DNA of 64,000 bases from a candidate division WOR-3 bacterium (GTDB taxonomy: Bacteria; Hydrothermota; Tepidihabitantia; SM23-42; JAOAFX01): positions 1-64,000 of the forward strand of contig JBBILZ010000003.1 in assembly GCA_037444665.1 (NCBI GenBank), in the 5' to 3' direction. Numbering within the stretch: the stretch's first letter is position 1; every line of letters starts with the position of its first letter. A program made the position numbers and the translations under genes. Of this stretch, positions 1 through 11,456 are shown one piece after another. Below the pieces are notes generated by a model. The model did no database searches. It saw only the letters and a list, made by a program, of their open reading frames with translations, and was not told the DNA's origin.

Positions 1-335
1 CGGATAGGCTAACACCACCTCCGGCACCTTATTAAACTCCTCGCCTTCTAAACTAAACTCACCACCACATTTTAATCTCTTATAAACCGCATCCGAAGGC
101 TCTAATCCCCAGAAATTCTTAAAACCTTCATTACTTACTCGCTTACCAAGATATTCAGGGGTATTATCAGGGTTTACCCTGAAACCCAATAAGGGGTCTG
201 GGGAAATCCCCAGTGGTGCCCCCTGAAAACCCCCGCTGTATAGCGAACACTTACTTTGTGCAAAACCAATCTCATACCATCCTTTCCTGAATATCTTGTC
301 GCCGTTTATTTTCTATAATGAAAAATTTCATTATT

Positions 336-368
336 TTCGTATAGGAATTTTCCAAATTCCTATACGAA
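336..368. repeat. 15-bp perfect inverted repeat (hairpin)
   Basis: TTCGTATAGGAATTT-tcc-AAATTCCTATACGAA. Confidence 0.8.
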
Positions 369-503
369 GATATAGCTTATTTTTAAATGTCTAAAACAGT
401 AGTAATCAATTCGACCATTCTACAATTGTAGAATTGTGAAATGGATGAAAGTAAATTCACTGTGCAAATTTTTCTTCATTCCAGCTACACATCTTCAATT
501 TAA

Positions 504-531
504 TTGACATACTGCTTTTTTTGGCTAAAAT
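504..531 (+). promoter_or_regulatory. sigma70-type promoter
   Basis: TTGACA-N16-TAAAAT; in-frame GTG 5 nt downstream. Confidence 0.6.
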
Positions 532-536
532 ATGGT

Positions 537-1616
537 GTGTGGCTATTTATTATTTTCTCTCTTTCCTTAGAAAATTTTACTGTTTGTGACCGTCCAAATG
601 ATGCTGGTTCATGTATTAGTCTTTACTGGAAACAAATAGGCGATACCCTTATTGATGGGTATGCAATATTCCGTCGCACTGTTACAGACACCTCATTTAA
701 AAAGATCGGTTTTGCCGGACCATTAGCCACAAGTTATGAAGATAATAATGTAAATGATAATGAAAAGTATATCTATCTCATTGCGGTCCAGAAACAGGAT
801 AGCCTCTATTATCATACAATAAGTAATGCTGTTCAATCATCTCCCCAATTTTTTCATAAAGGAAGATTGAATGTGTTAATAGCGATTATATTATTTTCTT
901 TGTTTTTAATAATATTTATGGTGCGGGCAAAAAGGGGAACAAATTTATTTATCAGAAAGATTACTGGGCTTGATGCCATAGAAGAGGCAGTAGGCAGGGC
1001 AACTGAAATGGGAAAACCAATCGTTTATGTCCCGGGCTTAGGCGACATTGACTTTCCGTCAACCATTGCCTCAATGAATATCCTTGGTGAACTTGCCAAA
1101 AAAGCAGCAATTTATGAAAACCCTCTGATTGTGGTAAATTGCTATCCGGTCGTCTATACTGTAGCAAGGGAAGTGGTTAAACAGGCATTCATCAGCCAGG
1201 GTAAGATTGATAAATTTAATGATGATTATGTCCGCTATCTTACCGAATCCCAATTCGGTTATGCAGCAGCAATAAATGGTATTATTCTCAGGGAACGACC
1301 GGCAACAAATTTTTTCATTGGACCATTTTTTGCTGAATCTCTCTTAATGGCAGAAACTGGTAATCAGATCGGCGCAGTGCAGATTGCCGGCACTGACCAG
1401 GTTCTGCAATTACCATTCTTTGTCACTGCGTGTGATTATACACTTCTTGGAGAAGAAGTGTATGCCGCATCTGCTTATTTAACACGGGAACCGGTTCTGG
1501 TTGCATCGCTGCGCGCACAGGATACAGGAAAGTCTTTAGTCCTCTTAATGCTTATATTATTAACCTTACTTTCATTTTTTAAAATTGACCTGATTTCAAT
1601 ATTGAGGGTCCAATGA
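537..1616 (+). CDS. DUF6754-like membrane protein with N-terminal FN3-like exported domain
   Basis: Motifs [23 protein letters not shown] and [25 protein letters not shown]. The track's TTG start at 504 is the -35 box, so GTG 537 is preferred. Confidence 0.75.
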   Translation: MWLFIIFSLSLENFTVCDRPNDAGSCISLYWKQIGDTLIDGYAIFRRTVTDTSFKKIGFAGPLATSYEDNNVNDNEKYIYLIAVQKQDSLYYHTISNAVQSSPQFFHKGRLNVLIAIILFSLFLIIFMVRAKRGTNLFIRKITGLDAIEEAVGRATEMGKPIVYVPGLGDIDFPSTIASMNILGELAKKAAIYENPLIVVNCYPVVYTVAREVVKQAFISQGKIDKFNDDYVRYLTESQFGYAAAINGIILRERPATNFFIGPFFAESLLMAETGNQIGAVQIAGTDQVLQLPFFVTACDYTLLGEEVYAASAYLTREPVLVASLRAQDTGKSLVLLMLILLTLLSFFKIDLISILRVQ

Positions 1617-2236
1617 AAACCATATTGCCATTAGCAATCTGTCTCATAATGGGGATAATGATGGTCTTCCAGTTTTTTATTCCCCATCCAGTTTCCCAGC
1701 AGTTTAATAGCATTATCAATCAGTGGGTTGTAGTATTATCTGCTTTTGCCCTGGTATTGGGCATTGGCAATTTGACGAGCCATCATATAATGATAATAAA
1801 GCGAAAAAGACCAGGCTGGCAGTATAGCATTGTTACAATCCTGAGTATGTTCTTAATGGCAATTGTTGGTCTGCTCTTTGGAATTGATGAAAAATCAATC
1901 TATCAAAAGATTTATCTGAATGTGCTGACACCACTTGGTGCAACAATGTTTGCCTTGCTGGCATACTATATGACATCTGCAGCATATCGTGCATTCAGGG
2001 CACGCAGCCTTGAAGCCGGACTTTTGCTTGGCGCAGCATTTGTGGTAATGATTGGATTTATGCCCATAGGAAAGTTTATCCTTCCCCGTTTACCTGATTT
2101 TGCTGAATGGTTGATGCGTATTCCAAATATGGCATCCCAGCGTGGTATACTTCTCGGTGTGGCATTCGGTTCTGTAGCGACTGCCTTAAAGATAATATTA
2201 GGTATTGAGCGTTCCTGGCTTGGAGGCAAGGAATGA
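1613..2236 (+). CDS. polytopic membrane protein of the DUF6754 cluster
   Basis: About 6 hydrophobic segments, [10 protein letters not shown] motif, ATGA overlap with upstream gene. Confidence 0.8.
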   Translation: MKTILPLAICLIMGIMMVFQFFIPHPVSQQFNSIINQWVVVLSAFALVLGIGNLTSHHIMIIKRKRPGWQYSIVTILSMFLMAIVGLLFGIDEKSIYQKIYLNVLTPLGATMFALLAYYMTSAAYRAFRARSLEAGLLLGAAFVVMIGFMPIGKFILPRLPDFAEWLMRIPNMASQRGILLGVAFGSVATALKIILGIERSWLGGKE

Positions 2237-3105
2237 ATTTTTTCAAATTACTGACGAGCATTAACCGAAGAATAATCTATCTTGTGCTCACAATTCTGGT
2301 CATTCTGCCTTTTTTCCTGAGATTTCACATTCCACAGAATATAATGCCGCAGACCCAAAAACTTTATGACTTCATTGATGCACTTGAACCCGAGAAAAAT
2401 AAGGCAGTGCTTATTTCAATTGATTATACACCGCAGACTATGCCTGAGTGCCATCCTATGGCGATAGGCATTATTACACACTGCCTTAAAAAACAGATAC
2501 CCGTAATTGGACTCTCTTTTGACCCCCAGGCGCCAGGACTGGCAATAGAAGCACTAAATACAGTTGTTACAAAATTAAATAGCCAGGCAACATCAAAGGA
2601 AGATTCTATTATCTATGGTGAGGACTATGTTTATTTAGGTTGGAAATCGGGCAGGATTGCTGCACTTATGGAGATGGGTGAGAAAATCAGTAATGTCTTT
2701 CCGCGTGATTATTATAACAATTATACTGATTCACTTCCCCTGATGCAAAATATAAAAAATTATCGTAATATTGCTATTTCTATTATCATTGCTGCTGCTG
2801 ATTACCCACAGGAATGGTTGATGTATGCACAAGCAAGATATGGTTTAAAACTTGGTGCCGGGCTCACTGCGGTAATGGCGCCAAAATATTATCCTTTTTT
2901 ACAGACCGGCCAGCTTTCTGGAATGATGTCTGGAATGAAAGGCGCTGCTGAATATGAAAATTTATTGGTGAAATCAGGGTATACAAGTGAAACAGGTAAG
3001 GCTGAGACAGGAATGAATTCGCAGATACTCATTCACTTATGGATAATTCTGCTTATCATTATCGGAAATATTGGTTATATGGCATTACGCAGAAAAAGGA
3101 GCTGA
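2233..3105 (+). CDS. membrane-anchored protein of the DUF6754 cluster
   Basis: N- and C-terminal TM helices flank a soluble domain ([17 protein letters not shown]); ATGA overlap. Confidence 0.8.
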   Translation: MNFFKLLTSINRRIIYLVLTILVILPFFLRFHIPQNIMPQTQKLYDFIDALEPEKNKAVLISIDYTPQTMPECHPMAIGIITHCLKKQIPVIGLSFDPQAPGLAIEALNTVVTKLNSQATSKEDSIIYGEDYVYLGWKSGRIAALMEMGEKISNVFPRDYYNNYTDSLPLMQNIKNYRNIAISIIIAAADYPQEWLMYAQARYGLKLGAGLTAVMAPKYYPFLQTGQLSGMMSGMKGAAEYENLLVKSGYTSETGKAETGMNSQILIHLWIILLIIIGNIGYMALRRKRS

Positions 3106-3109
3106 AAGT

Positions 3110-3730
3110 ATGAGCGCAGACCCCTGGATCTGGATTGGCGCATTTCTTACTTTGATGATATTTTCATTTCTGTTTCGCGATAATCCATTTTATAAATTTG
3201 CCGAGCATTTATTTGTTGGTGTCGCAAATGGCTACTACATTGTATTCTACTGGCACCAGGCATTAAAACCGAATCTGTATGAGCCATTAAAGGCGGGCAA
3301 TTTTCTATATGTTGTTCCCCTCTTGTTAGGAATTTTATATTTCACAAGATTTATTCCCAGGGTGAGCTGGCTTGTGCGCCTGCCCATTGGATTTATGATT
3401 GGTTGGGGTGCAGGCATCTCCATCCCGGCAAATCTACAGGCATTTATATTCAGACAGATTGAAGGAACGGTCGTGACCCCACAATCCTTTAGTAATGGCT
3501 TTGAAGGAGTGTGGTCTCTGGTTATACTCATCGGTGTTATCTGCACAGTCATCTATTTTTTCTTTTCAACAGAGCATCGTGGAGTATTAAAATTTGGTGC
3601 ACGGCTCGGTGTTATTTTCATCATGCTGGGTTTCGGTGCCTCTTTTGGTTATACGGTAATGGCGCGTGTCAGCCTTTTAATCGGCCGTATCCAGTTTTTA
3701 CTTGGACCCTGGTTGGGTTTGATAAAATGA
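3110..3730 (+). CDS. polytopic membrane protein of the DUF6754 cluster
   Basis: AAGGAG RBS before ATG 3110; motifs DNPFYKFAEHLFVG and FGASFGYTVMAR. Confidence 0.8.
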   Translation: MSADPWIWIGAFLTLMIFSFLFRDNPFYKFAEHLFVGVANGYYIVFYWHQALKPNLYEPLKAGNFLYVVPLLLGILYFTRFIPRVSWLVRLPIGFMIGWGAGISIPANLQAFIFRQIEGTVVTPQSFSNGFEGVWSLVILIGVICTVIYFFFSTEHRGVLKFGARLGVIFIMLGFGASFGYTVMARVSLLIGRIQFLLGPWLGLIK

Positions 3731-3740
3731 AAGGAGTAAA

Positions 3741-4931
3741 ATGCGGAGTAAAGATATTATAAAAATTACTGAAAAATATAGCGCCCACAATTATCTACCC
3801 TTGCCAGTAGTATTAAAAAAAGGCAAAGGCGCATGGGTATGGGATGTTGAAGGAAAAAAATATCTTGATATGTTAAGCGCATATTCTGCATTAAATCAAG
3901 GACATTGCCATCCTGAAATAATAAAAGTTGTAAAAAAACAGATTTCTCAATTGACCCTTTGTTCAAGGGCATTTTACAATGATAAACTTGGTGTTTTTTT
4001 ACAAAAATTATGTAAAATTTGCGGCTATGAAAAAGCACTGCCCATGAATTCAGGTGCCGAGGCAGTGGAGACCGCAATAAAAGCAGCACGTAAATGGGGA
4101 TATTACCGAAAAAATGTTGCAAAAGAAAAAGCAGAGATTATTGTTTGTGAGAACAATTTTCACGGCCGGACCACAACCATTGTCGGTTTTTCTTCGGAAT
4201 CCCAGTATCGCGATGGGTTTGGACCATTTACACCAAATTTCAAAATGATTCCTTACAATGATGCAACCGCATTAAAAAAGGCAATTACCAGAAATACTGT
4301 TGCGTTTCTTGTAGAACCAGTTCAGGGTGAGGGCGGTGTTATTGTTCCGGATTATGGGTACTTAAAGGCATGCTACAAAATCTGCAAAGAAAATAATATA
4401 TTATTAATGGTTGACGAAATCCAAACCGGACTCGGAAGAACGGGCAAATTGTTTGCCTTTGAATACGAAGGGATAAGACCCGACATCTTAATTGTCGGAA
4501 AAGCATTGAGTGGTGGTTTCTACCCAATTTCTGCAATGTTGTGCGATAATAATATTATGGATGTGTTTAAACCTGGCGACCATGGCTCAACATTCGGCGG
4601 CAATCCCCTTGCTGCAGCAATAGGCATTGTTGCACTTGATATTATTATTAAAGAAAAATTACCACAGCGTGCATTCATGCTCGGAACCTGGTTTATGAAT
4701 GAACTGCGCAAAATTAAAAATCCAGTGATCAAAGAAGTGCGGGGCAAAGGACTTTTAATCGGCGTAGAGTTAAAGAAAAAAGCAAGACCTTATTGTGAGG
4801 AACTTATGAAGTATGGTATCCTTGCAAAAGAGACACACGACTATGTCGTGCGCTTTGCTCCACCACTGGTTATTACAAAAGATGAATTAACATGGGCGTT
4901 ATCACGAATAAAAAATATCTTTGTAAGGTAA
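3741..4931 (+). CDS. rocD: ornithine--oxo-acid transaminase (class III PLP aminotransferase)
   Basis: SAYSALNQGHCHP, NSGAEAVETA, DEIQTGLGRTG, GKALSGG, HGSTFGGNPLA. Confidence 0.92.
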   Translation: MRSKDIIKITEKYSAHNYLPLPVVLKKGKGAWVWDVEGKKYLDMLSAYSALNQGHCHPEIIKVVKKQISQLTLCSRAFYNDKLGVFLQKLCKICGYEKALPMNSGAEAVETAIKAARKWGYYRKNVAKEKAEIIVCENNFHGRTTTIVGFSSESQYRDGFGPFTPNFKMIPYNDATALKKAITRNTVAFLVEPVQGEGGVIVPDYGYLKACYKICKENNILLMVDEIQTGLGRTGKLFAFEYEGIRPDILIVGKALSGGFYPISAMLCDNNIMDVFKPGDHGSTFGGNPLAAAIGIVALDIIIKEKLPQRAFMLGTWFMNELRKIKNPVIKEVRGKGLLIGVELKKKARPYCEELMKYGILAKETHDYVVRFAPPLVITKDELTWALSRIKNIFVR

Positions 4932-4933
4932 AA

Positions 4934-5734
4934 TTACAAGTAATAAGTTCCGTCAAATACAAAATTGGCGGGTGCCTCAAGATATAATTTATCTTTTAAG
5001 GTTACGGTCAATTCACCACCATTAGTCTTTACCTTTACTGGCGATTCTGCCAAAAATAATTTGGCGGCAATATATGCGGAAGCAACAACACCGCTACCGC
5101 AGGAAAGTGTCTCTGCCTCAATGCCCCTTTCATAAGTGCGAACAAAGATGCTCTTGTTTTCCACCATAACAAAATTTACATTTGTTCCATCGGGCTGAAA
5201 CTCCTTGTGGTTGCGGATCGCCGAACCAAATTCAGAAATATTTATGTCATCAAAAGAATCAACAAACATAATTGTATGGGGCACGCCAAGTTTTAGATAC
5301 GATAACTTATATTTCTTGCGGGCAATGGTAAGAGTATAATTCAATTTTAAATCTACTGGCGGCAGGACTTCAACACTAATTACATCGGGATGAAAGGCAA
5401 AGCCAATGGGTCCGGCTGGCGTCAAAAATTTCCCCTTTTCTTCAATAATGCCAAGTCGATGGGCAAATTTAACCGCACAGCGCGCGCCATTAAGGCAAAG
5501 TTCAGCTTCACTCCCATCACGGTTAAAGTAACGCATATTGAAAAAATAACCCTTAAAATTCTCAATCAATATTAAACCATCAGCATCAATTCCATAATGT
5601 CTTTGTAGCATCTTGCTTATTGTATTTTTCATATCTTCTTTTTTTACAATACTGGTAAATTGTTCTTCACGGTTATCAACAACCACAAAATCATTCCCTG
5701 TGCCTTCCATCTTAGAGAAGAATATTGGTTTCAT
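4934..5734 (-). CDS. dapF: diaminopimelate epimerase
   Basis: KMEGTGNDF, ELCLNGARC, GTNVNF, ERGIEAETLSCGSG. Confidence 0.93.
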   Translation of the reverse strand: MKPIFFSKMEGTGNDFVVVDNREEQFTSIVKKEDMKNTISKMLQRHYGIDADGLILIENFKGYFFNMRYFNRDGSEAELCLNGARCAVKFAHRLGIIEEKGKFLTPAGPIGFAFHPDVISVEVLPPVDLKLNYTLTIARKKYKLSYLKLGVPHTIMFVDSFDDINISEFGSAIRNHKEFQPDGTNVNFVMVENKSIFVRTYERGIEAETLSCGSGVVASAYIAAKLFLAESPVKVKTNGGELTVTLKDKLYLEAPANFVFDGTYYL

Positions 5735-5771
5735 TTAATGACCTCCTTTAAATCTTGTAATATAACCATTA

Positions 5772-6314
5772 TTACCTTACCTCTAAGTCTTTTATCTGTT
5801 GAAGACTTATAATATATCTATGAAGATATGTAACGAATGCACCAATCATAACCGGAATAGATATATACAAAATTACCATGCCAAGATTCTGGAGATTCAG
5901 GGTAAAGGCTAAAATCATTGCACCAAAAAGAAACCCTGTTGCCTTACCAAAAATATTTGATTTGTAAACAAGGCGCTTTTTTTTGAAAATAACATAACTA
6001 CCCAAAAGTATTAAAACATCTCTCAATGCGATGATTACCACTGCCCAGACCGGAATTGAATTTATTATCAGCAGTGTTATTAAAATAATGGCGAGCGATA
6101 TTTTATCACAGAGCGGGTCAAGCAGTTTGCCCAGTTCAGACTCCTGATGAAATCTGCGTGCAATATAACCATCAACGACATCAGAGATAAGGGCAATGAG
6201 CATTATTATGAAGGCAATGAGCCGCTCTTTTTTTATGAGGAAGAAGATAATGAAAGGCAGAAGTACAAGGCGGAAAAATGTAATTAGATTTGAAACGGTA
6301 AATTTTTTATTCAT
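5772..6314 (-). CDS. CDP-alcohol phosphatidyltransferase (PgsA-like)
   Basis: DVVDGYIARR...GKLLDPLCDK motif; ATG 6314 overlaps the recN end. Confidence 0.88.
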   Translation of the reverse strand: MNKKFTVSNLITFFRLVLLPFIIFFLIKKERLIAFIIMLIALISDVVDGYIARRFHQESELGKLLDPLCDKISLAIILITLLIINSIPVWAVVIIALRDVLILLGSYVIFKKKRLVYKSNIFGKATGFLFGAMILAFTLNLQNLGMVILYISIPVMIGAFVTYLHRYIISLQQIKDLEVR

Positions 6315-7989
6315 CTTTTCTTCGCTTTTGGAGAATTTCTTCAGCATGCTCAAGTGTTTTTCTGGTAATCTCTTTTCCTCCTAACATACGGGCGATCTCC
6401 ATTCTGCGCATCTCTTCATCAAGTTTCATCACATTAACAAATGTCGTATCTTTTTTCACCTCTTTTTTAACCGCAATATGGCTGTCAGCAAAGATTGAAA
6501 TCTGGGGCAGATGCGTAATACATATTACCTGATGTTTTTTACTCACGGCAGAAAGGAGTTCACCAACCGCCTCCGCAATTCTCCCACCAATACCCGTATC
6601 AACCTCATCAAAAATGATGGTAGGAATACGGTCTGCCTCAGAGAGGATTGTTTTCAAACCCAGGGTCATACGGGATATTTCACCACCAGACCCAACTTTT
6701 TTTAATGGTTTAAGTTCTTCCCCGGGGTTTGTTGATATAAAAAATTCAACGGCATCAAACCCTGTCTCATCAAATGGCTTATCAGAAAATCTAATTTGAA
6801 ACTGTGCCTTTTCCATCCCTAATTTACCGAGTGTTTTTATAATCTCTTTTTCCATCAGTTTTGCTTTACTCTTTCTTTTCTTTGATAATTCATTGCCCAG
6901 GCTGTGCAACTGTGCAGTCAATTCCTGCAAGCGTGCCTGCACATTCGCAATTTCAATCTCGGTCTTCTCTAATCTTTCCATCTCAATCTTTGCATTATTA
7001 AGGTACTCAATTATACCTCTGATATCTTTGCCGTATTTCTTTTTTAAACGGGATAATAGATCAAGTCGCTCCATTACTTCTTCAAATCGCTCACGGGAAA
7101 AGTCTATGTGTTCTCTATAGTCAATCAATTGCCGATATATCTCTTCAATACTGCTGATGCTTGTTTCAAGAATATTTTTCATATTTCGCACATCAGGATT
7201 CGGGTCTAATTTGCATAATTCTTCAATAAATCGCTTTGTAGCAGCAAGTTTCTCGTAGGCAGAAGACTCTGCCTCATAGAGACAGGGAATTATCTGGTCA
7301 ACAATGCTCGCACGCTTTTCTCCGGTCAATAAAAGATTTTTTTCTGTAATTAATTGTTCTTCTTCATCCAGTTTTAAATCTGCCTTTTCTATTTCATCTG
7401 TATCATATCTTAAATTTTCAAGCTTCTGATCCTTTTCTTTTTGCATAATTTCAAGTTTATTGAGTTCATACTGGTAGTGTTGAACTTCATTAAAAATTTT
7501 CTGGTATTCGCCAAGTAGCGTTTCTACACCCGCAAATCGGTCAAGTAATTTTAAATGATTTGATACATCAAATAATGATTGATTTTCATACTGCCCGACG
7601 AGGTCAACCAAATTCTGGGTTATCTCCTTCAAACGGGCTAAACTTACAAGTTGGTCATTGATATAAGCAAACTGCTTTTTACCCCGTTCAATTCTTCTAC
7701 GGATAATCAGGTCTTCGCTATAATCAATATTATATTTTCGCAACAGTTCATTGGTCTCTAAAGTTGACTCAAGAATCCCGGTTAGCTCTGCATAATCTTT
7801 TGCACTGCGTATTGATATATCATCAATGCGTTCACCACAAAGGGCAGCAATCGCCTCAACAATCATTGATTTACCTGCCCCTGTTTCACCAGTAATTATG
7901 GTCAACCCATTTTCAAAATTAAGGGTGAGTTCATCCATCAGGGCAAAATTCTTCACCCTTAAAAATTTAAGCATGCTCCCTGCCTCCAA
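6307..7989 (-). CDS. recN: DNA repair protein RecN
   Basis: TGETGAGKS Walker A, SGGEISR, IFDEVDTGIGG, ITHLPQ; true start may be MLKF 5 codons in. Confidence 0.95.
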   Translation of the reverse strand: MEAGSMLKFLRVKNFALMDELTLNFENGLTIITGETGAGKSMIVEAIAALCGERIDDISIRSAKDYAELTGILESTLETNELLRKYNIDYSEDLIIRRRIERGKKQFAYINDQLVSLARLKEITQNLVDLVGQYENQSLFDVSNHLKLLDRFAGVETLLGEYQKIFNEVQHYQYELNKLEIMQKEKDQKLENLRYDTDEIEKADLKLDEEEQLITEKNLLLTGEKRASIVDQIIPCLYEAESSAYEKLAATKRFIEELCKLDPNPDVRNMKNILETSISSIEEIYRQLIDYREHIDFSRERFEEVMERLDLLSRLKKKYGKDIRGIIEYLNNAKIEMERLEKTEIEIANVQARLQELTAQLHSLGNELSKKRKSKAKLMEKEIIKTLGKLGMEKAQFQIRFSDKPFDETGFDAVEFFISTNPGEELKPLKKVGSGGEISRMTLGLKTILSEADRIPTIIFDEVDTGIGGRIAEAVGELLSAVSKKHQVICITHLPQISIFADSHIAVKKEVKKDTTFVNVMKLDEEMRRMEIARMLGGKEITRKTLEHAEEILQKRRKDE

Positions 7990-8749
7990 GTTTCAGTTTT
8001 TCTTTCAGGGTGCTGAAAAATGTAACATGCAGGGGTTTGATTAATTTTACATAAAATTGTCCCTTTTTGAATTTTATATTGCTACCACTTTTCAAATTTT
8101 TACTGCGCTGGCCATCAGCCACTAAAATTGCCTTGCCCTTTTTACCTATCTCTATTTCAATTGTTGATTCCGCAGGAAGAACAATGGGTCGCACTGAAAG
8201 GGTGTGGGGTGATATTGGTGTAATAATTATTGCCTCACTACAGGGCAGGAGAATTGGTCCTCCAGTGGCGAGTGAATAGGCAGTAGAACCAGTCGGTGTA
8301 GAGACTATGATTCCATCCGCAACAAATCTACAAATATACTCACCATCAATGCGTGCAGAAAATTCAACAACCCTGCCTGGAATACTTGTGCATATCGTGA
8401 TATCATTCAGGGCGTAAAGAATCTCTTTACCTGTTTGGGCGCAGACAAGCATCCTTTTTTCAATACGATAACGCCCTTTTTTTATTTCCTCAAGGATATA
8501 CCGGAACTGAGAAAATTTTACATCGGTAAGAAAACCGAGGCCGCCTAAATTTACACCGAGAATGGGTATCGGTCTATAAGCATATATAGCAGCAGCTTTG
8601 AGCAAAGTACCATCCCCTCCCAAGGCAATAACAAAATCTGGTTTTCGCGAAATCTTGAAACCTTTTTTGTTTAACAACTTTTTGGTTGCTTGCAAAATTT
8701 TCTTTGCATCAGGTTTGTATCTATTCACTACCAGTTGCACTTTCTGCAT
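7967..8749 (-). CDS. nadK: NAD kinase
   Basis: GGDGTLL, GVNLGGLGFL, LND, STPTGSTAYSLA. Confidence 0.93.
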   Translation of the reverse strand: MQKVQLVVNRYKPDAKKILQATKKLLNKKGFKISRKPDFVIALGGDGTLLKAAAIYAYRPIPILGVNLGGLGFLTDVKFSQFRYILEEIKKGRYRIEKRMLVCAQTGKEILYALNDITICTSIPGRVVEFSARIDGEYICRFVADGIIVSTPTGSTAYSLATGGPILLPCSEAIIITPISPHTLSVRPIVLPAESTIEIEIGKKGKAILVADGQRSKNLKSGSNIKFKKGQFYVKLIKPLHVTFFSTLKEKLKLGGREHA

Positions 8750-9580
8750 CTAAATCCCATTGCTGTGAAAATCTCCGATAAAAAGATAACGCATTCTTCC
8801 GAATAAATCTTTGTGGAAAAAGTATCGTACAAATTTATCTTTAAGATAAACATCTAATCTATCTACTCCATCTTCGTCAATCTCAAGGGCAATACCAAAT
8901 CTTTTTTTCTGCAAATATGCGGGCGCCTGCTCAATTATCTTTTTTATAAATTCTGTGCCCGCAAATCCACCATCTATTGCTTTTCTTGGTTCAAAATCAC
9001 GCACACTTTTAGGAAGATAATTTATCCTTTCTGTAGGTATATAGGGAGGATTGCACACAATCAGGTCAAAGATACCGTAAGAAAAAGATGTGAAAAGGTT
9101 TGTCCTCAACAACTTAATCCTTTTCGTTAGATTTAACATTGAGATGTTCTCTTGCGCATTTTTTATGGCTAAGGCACAGATATCAGTGGCAATTATTTCT
9201 GTCTCAGAAAAAAAATCAGCAATGGCAATCGCAATTGCCCCGCTGCCCGTACCAATTTCACAGATTCGCATGGGTTTAAAATCAACGAGTCCCGCAATCA
9301 ATTCTACAAAATATTCAGTTTCCAGACGGGGAATAAATACTCCGGGATAGATGCGCAAATTATACTTAAGAAATTGAACCTGTTTTGTAATATATTCAAT
9401 CGGCACACCATTTTTTAACTGTATTAATCTCAGCCGCAAAATTTCTGCAAGCCTTTGATCAATATTATCATTCAAATACAATTCAAACCGCGGTTTATTC
9501 AGCAATGCCGAAACAATCAATTCAGTTTCTACAATATCTAAATTAAATTCTTTACTGAGTTCCTCTACCACTCTTTTCAT
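8750..9580 (-). CDS. prmC: release factor glutamine methyltransferase
   Basis: [19 protein letters not shown]; follows prfA. Confidence 0.92.
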   Translation of the reverse strand: MKRVVEELSKEFNLDIVETELIVSALLNKPRFELYLNDNIDQRLAEILRLRLIQLKNGVPIEYITKQVQFLKYNLRIYPGVFIPRLETEYFVELIAGLVDFKPMRICEIGTGSGAIAIAIADFFSETEIIATDICALAIKNAQENISMLNLTKRIKLLRTNLFTSFSYGIFDLIVCNPPYIPTERINYLPKSVRDFEPRKAIDGGFAGTEFIKKIIEQAPAYLQKKRFGIALEIDEDGVDRLDVYLKDKFVRYFFHKDLFGRMRYLFIGDFHSNGI

Positions 9581-10622
9581 ATTTAACCAGTGCCTCTACT
9601 ATCTCATCAAATTCACCATTAAGAATATTTTGCAGGTTATAAAAACTCATTCCGATACGATGATCAGTAACACGATTCTGGGGGAAATTGTAAGTTCTGA
9701 CTTTTTCGCTTCTCTCGCCGGTTCCAATCTGACGCCGTCTTTGATCTTCAATTTCGCGCGATTTCTTTTCCGATTCAATTGCATGTAGCCTCGCACGCAA
9801 AATTTTCATCGCCTTTTCCCGATTCTGATATTGTGACCGCTCATCCTGACAGGCAACAACTATGCCCGTTGGAATATGCGTGATTCTAACTGCTGAGGAA
9901 ACTTTGTTTACATTCTGACCACCGTGTCCTCCAGCACGAAATGTATCAATTTTCAAGTCATCAGCAGAGATTTCTATTTGCGATTCTTCTATTTCCGGTA
10001 ATACTGCAACCGTGATGGTTGAAGTGTGAATGCGACCACTCGCTTCGGTCACCGGAACTCGCTGAACTCTGTGCACACCACTTTCAAAGCGGAATGTCCC
10101 ATAGGCGTTCTCTCCGGAAACCAGAAAAATAATCTCTTTATAACCGCCCAGATCACTGGGGTGTGATGAGAGAACCTCGTATTTCATCCTCTTTTTTTCT
10201 ATAAATTTTGTATACATTCGGAAAACATCAGCGGCAAATAGAGATGCTTCATTACCGCCGGCACCAGCACGTATCTCTATAATACAATTTTTTTGATACT
10301 CCTCATGGAAGGGATTCAAAAAGTTATCTATTTCCTGCTCAATGTTTTTCAATTTGCTTTTCAAATCTTCTAATTCAATTTCTGCCATCTCTCTTAACTC
10401 GGGATTATCCGCTTTTAGTAATTCTTCCAAATCTTCTATTTCTTTACTAATGCGATTATATTCAGCATATTTTTCAAGCAATTGCTGAATTTTTTTATAC
10501 TGACGGGATATATTCGCGTATTCTTTTGGATTCTTCAATATTTCATTTGAACTCAGCAAATTCTGTAGATGCTTTAATTCTTCCTCTTTTTCTTTTTGGT
10601 CTAATAGCGTGATTGGTGCCAT
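9552..10622 (-). CDS. prfA: peptide chain release factor 1
   Basis: [13 protein letters not shown] (PxT), [17 protein letters not shown]. Confidence 0.96.
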   Translation of the reverse strand: MAPITLLDQKEKEEELKHLQNLLSSNEILKNPKEYANISRQYKKIQQLLEKYAEYNRISKEIEDLEELLKADNPELREMAEIELEDLKSKLKNIEQEIDNFLNPFHEEYQKNCIIEIRAGAGGNEASLFAADVFRMYTKFIEKKRMKYEVLSSHPSDLGGYKEIIFLVSGENAYGTFRFESGVHRVQRVPVTEASGRIHTSTITVAVLPEIEESQIEISADDLKIDTFRAGGHGGQNVNKVSSAVRITHIPTGIVVACQDERSQYQNREKAMKILRARLHAIESEKKSREIEDQRRRQIGTGERSEKVRTYNFPQNRVTDHRIGMSFYNLQNILNGEFDEIVEALVKYEKSGRGTQ

Positions 10623-10628
10623 TATTGA

Positions 10629-11261
10629 TTATAGTTTTTCAAATTTCTCTTTGAGGGCAATGTAACGCAGATAATCATCAAGGTCTTCAATCCCTTTTAT
10701 AACAAGACTATTATTTTTCAAACCCACGAGTTTGACCTGGCATAATTTATCAACATAATCCTTTACTTTACTCAACTCAATACCGGTGGTAAGCGACATA
10801 CTCTCAAAAGAAAAAGGGGTAATTTCAATACCTTCGGCCGTGCTCTTACCGATCTCCTTTGCTTTGGTAATAATATAAGCAACCACACGCCTTTCTTCAC
10901 TTTTGATTGTTAAAAGTTTTATCTGCTCATCCGCATTGCGCAGCCTTTTGGTAAGGGTCTCAAGGATGTATTCAATAAGCGGATTCTCTCTAATCTTGGA
11001 TTTGAAGGTCTCTTTATCTATAATCAATAAAGAGGTTTTGGAAGTTGCGGTAGCAGTTGCGGAACGGGGTGAACCATCAATAATTGCCATTTCACCAAAA
11101 AAATCACCCTCTTTCAAAACCGCCAGTACTTTTTCATCAGGTCCTTTACCTTTGGTTATCTTAATCTGCCCTTCTTTGATTAAGTACATTACATCACCTT
11201 TATCCCCTTCATTAAAAAGCATCTCACCAGGGTTCAAGGTCTTTTCCATTCCTTCAATCAT
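10629..11261 (-). CDS. Crp/Fnr-family cyclic-nucleotide-binding protein
   Basis: FFGEMAIIDGSPRSATA phosphate-binding cassette and C-terminal HTH-like region; AGGAGG RBS. Confidence 0.88.
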   Translation of the reverse strand: MIEGMEKTLNPGEMLFNEGDKGDVMYLIKEGQIKITKGKGPDEKVLAVLKEGDFFGEMAIIDGSPRSATATATSKTSLLIIDKETFKSKIRENPLIEYILETLTKRLRNADEQIKLLTIKSEERRVVAYIITKAKEIGKSTAEGIEITPFSFESMSLTTGIELSKVKDYVDKLCQVKLVGLKNNSLVIKGIEDLDDYLRYIALKEKFEKL

Positions 11262-11456
11262 TTTAAACCTCCTTTTAGAAAATCTTATTCATAATTATAT
11301 TATCTTATAATATGACCAAGGTAATAAAAACTAATATCAACTGCTTAGAAATTTTTAACATATATTGCTGGACAGTCTTTTTATTATAACCAGCCATAAC
11401 ATCTTTAATATTGAATTATATCAGTGAAATTAACAAAGTCAAGGGGGAAAAGGGCA

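Noticed and set aside
1..250. Gene or RNA at the left edge
   Set aside because: Only short frames and GGGG/CCCC hairpin-like tracts are present; nothing identifiable without flanking sequence.
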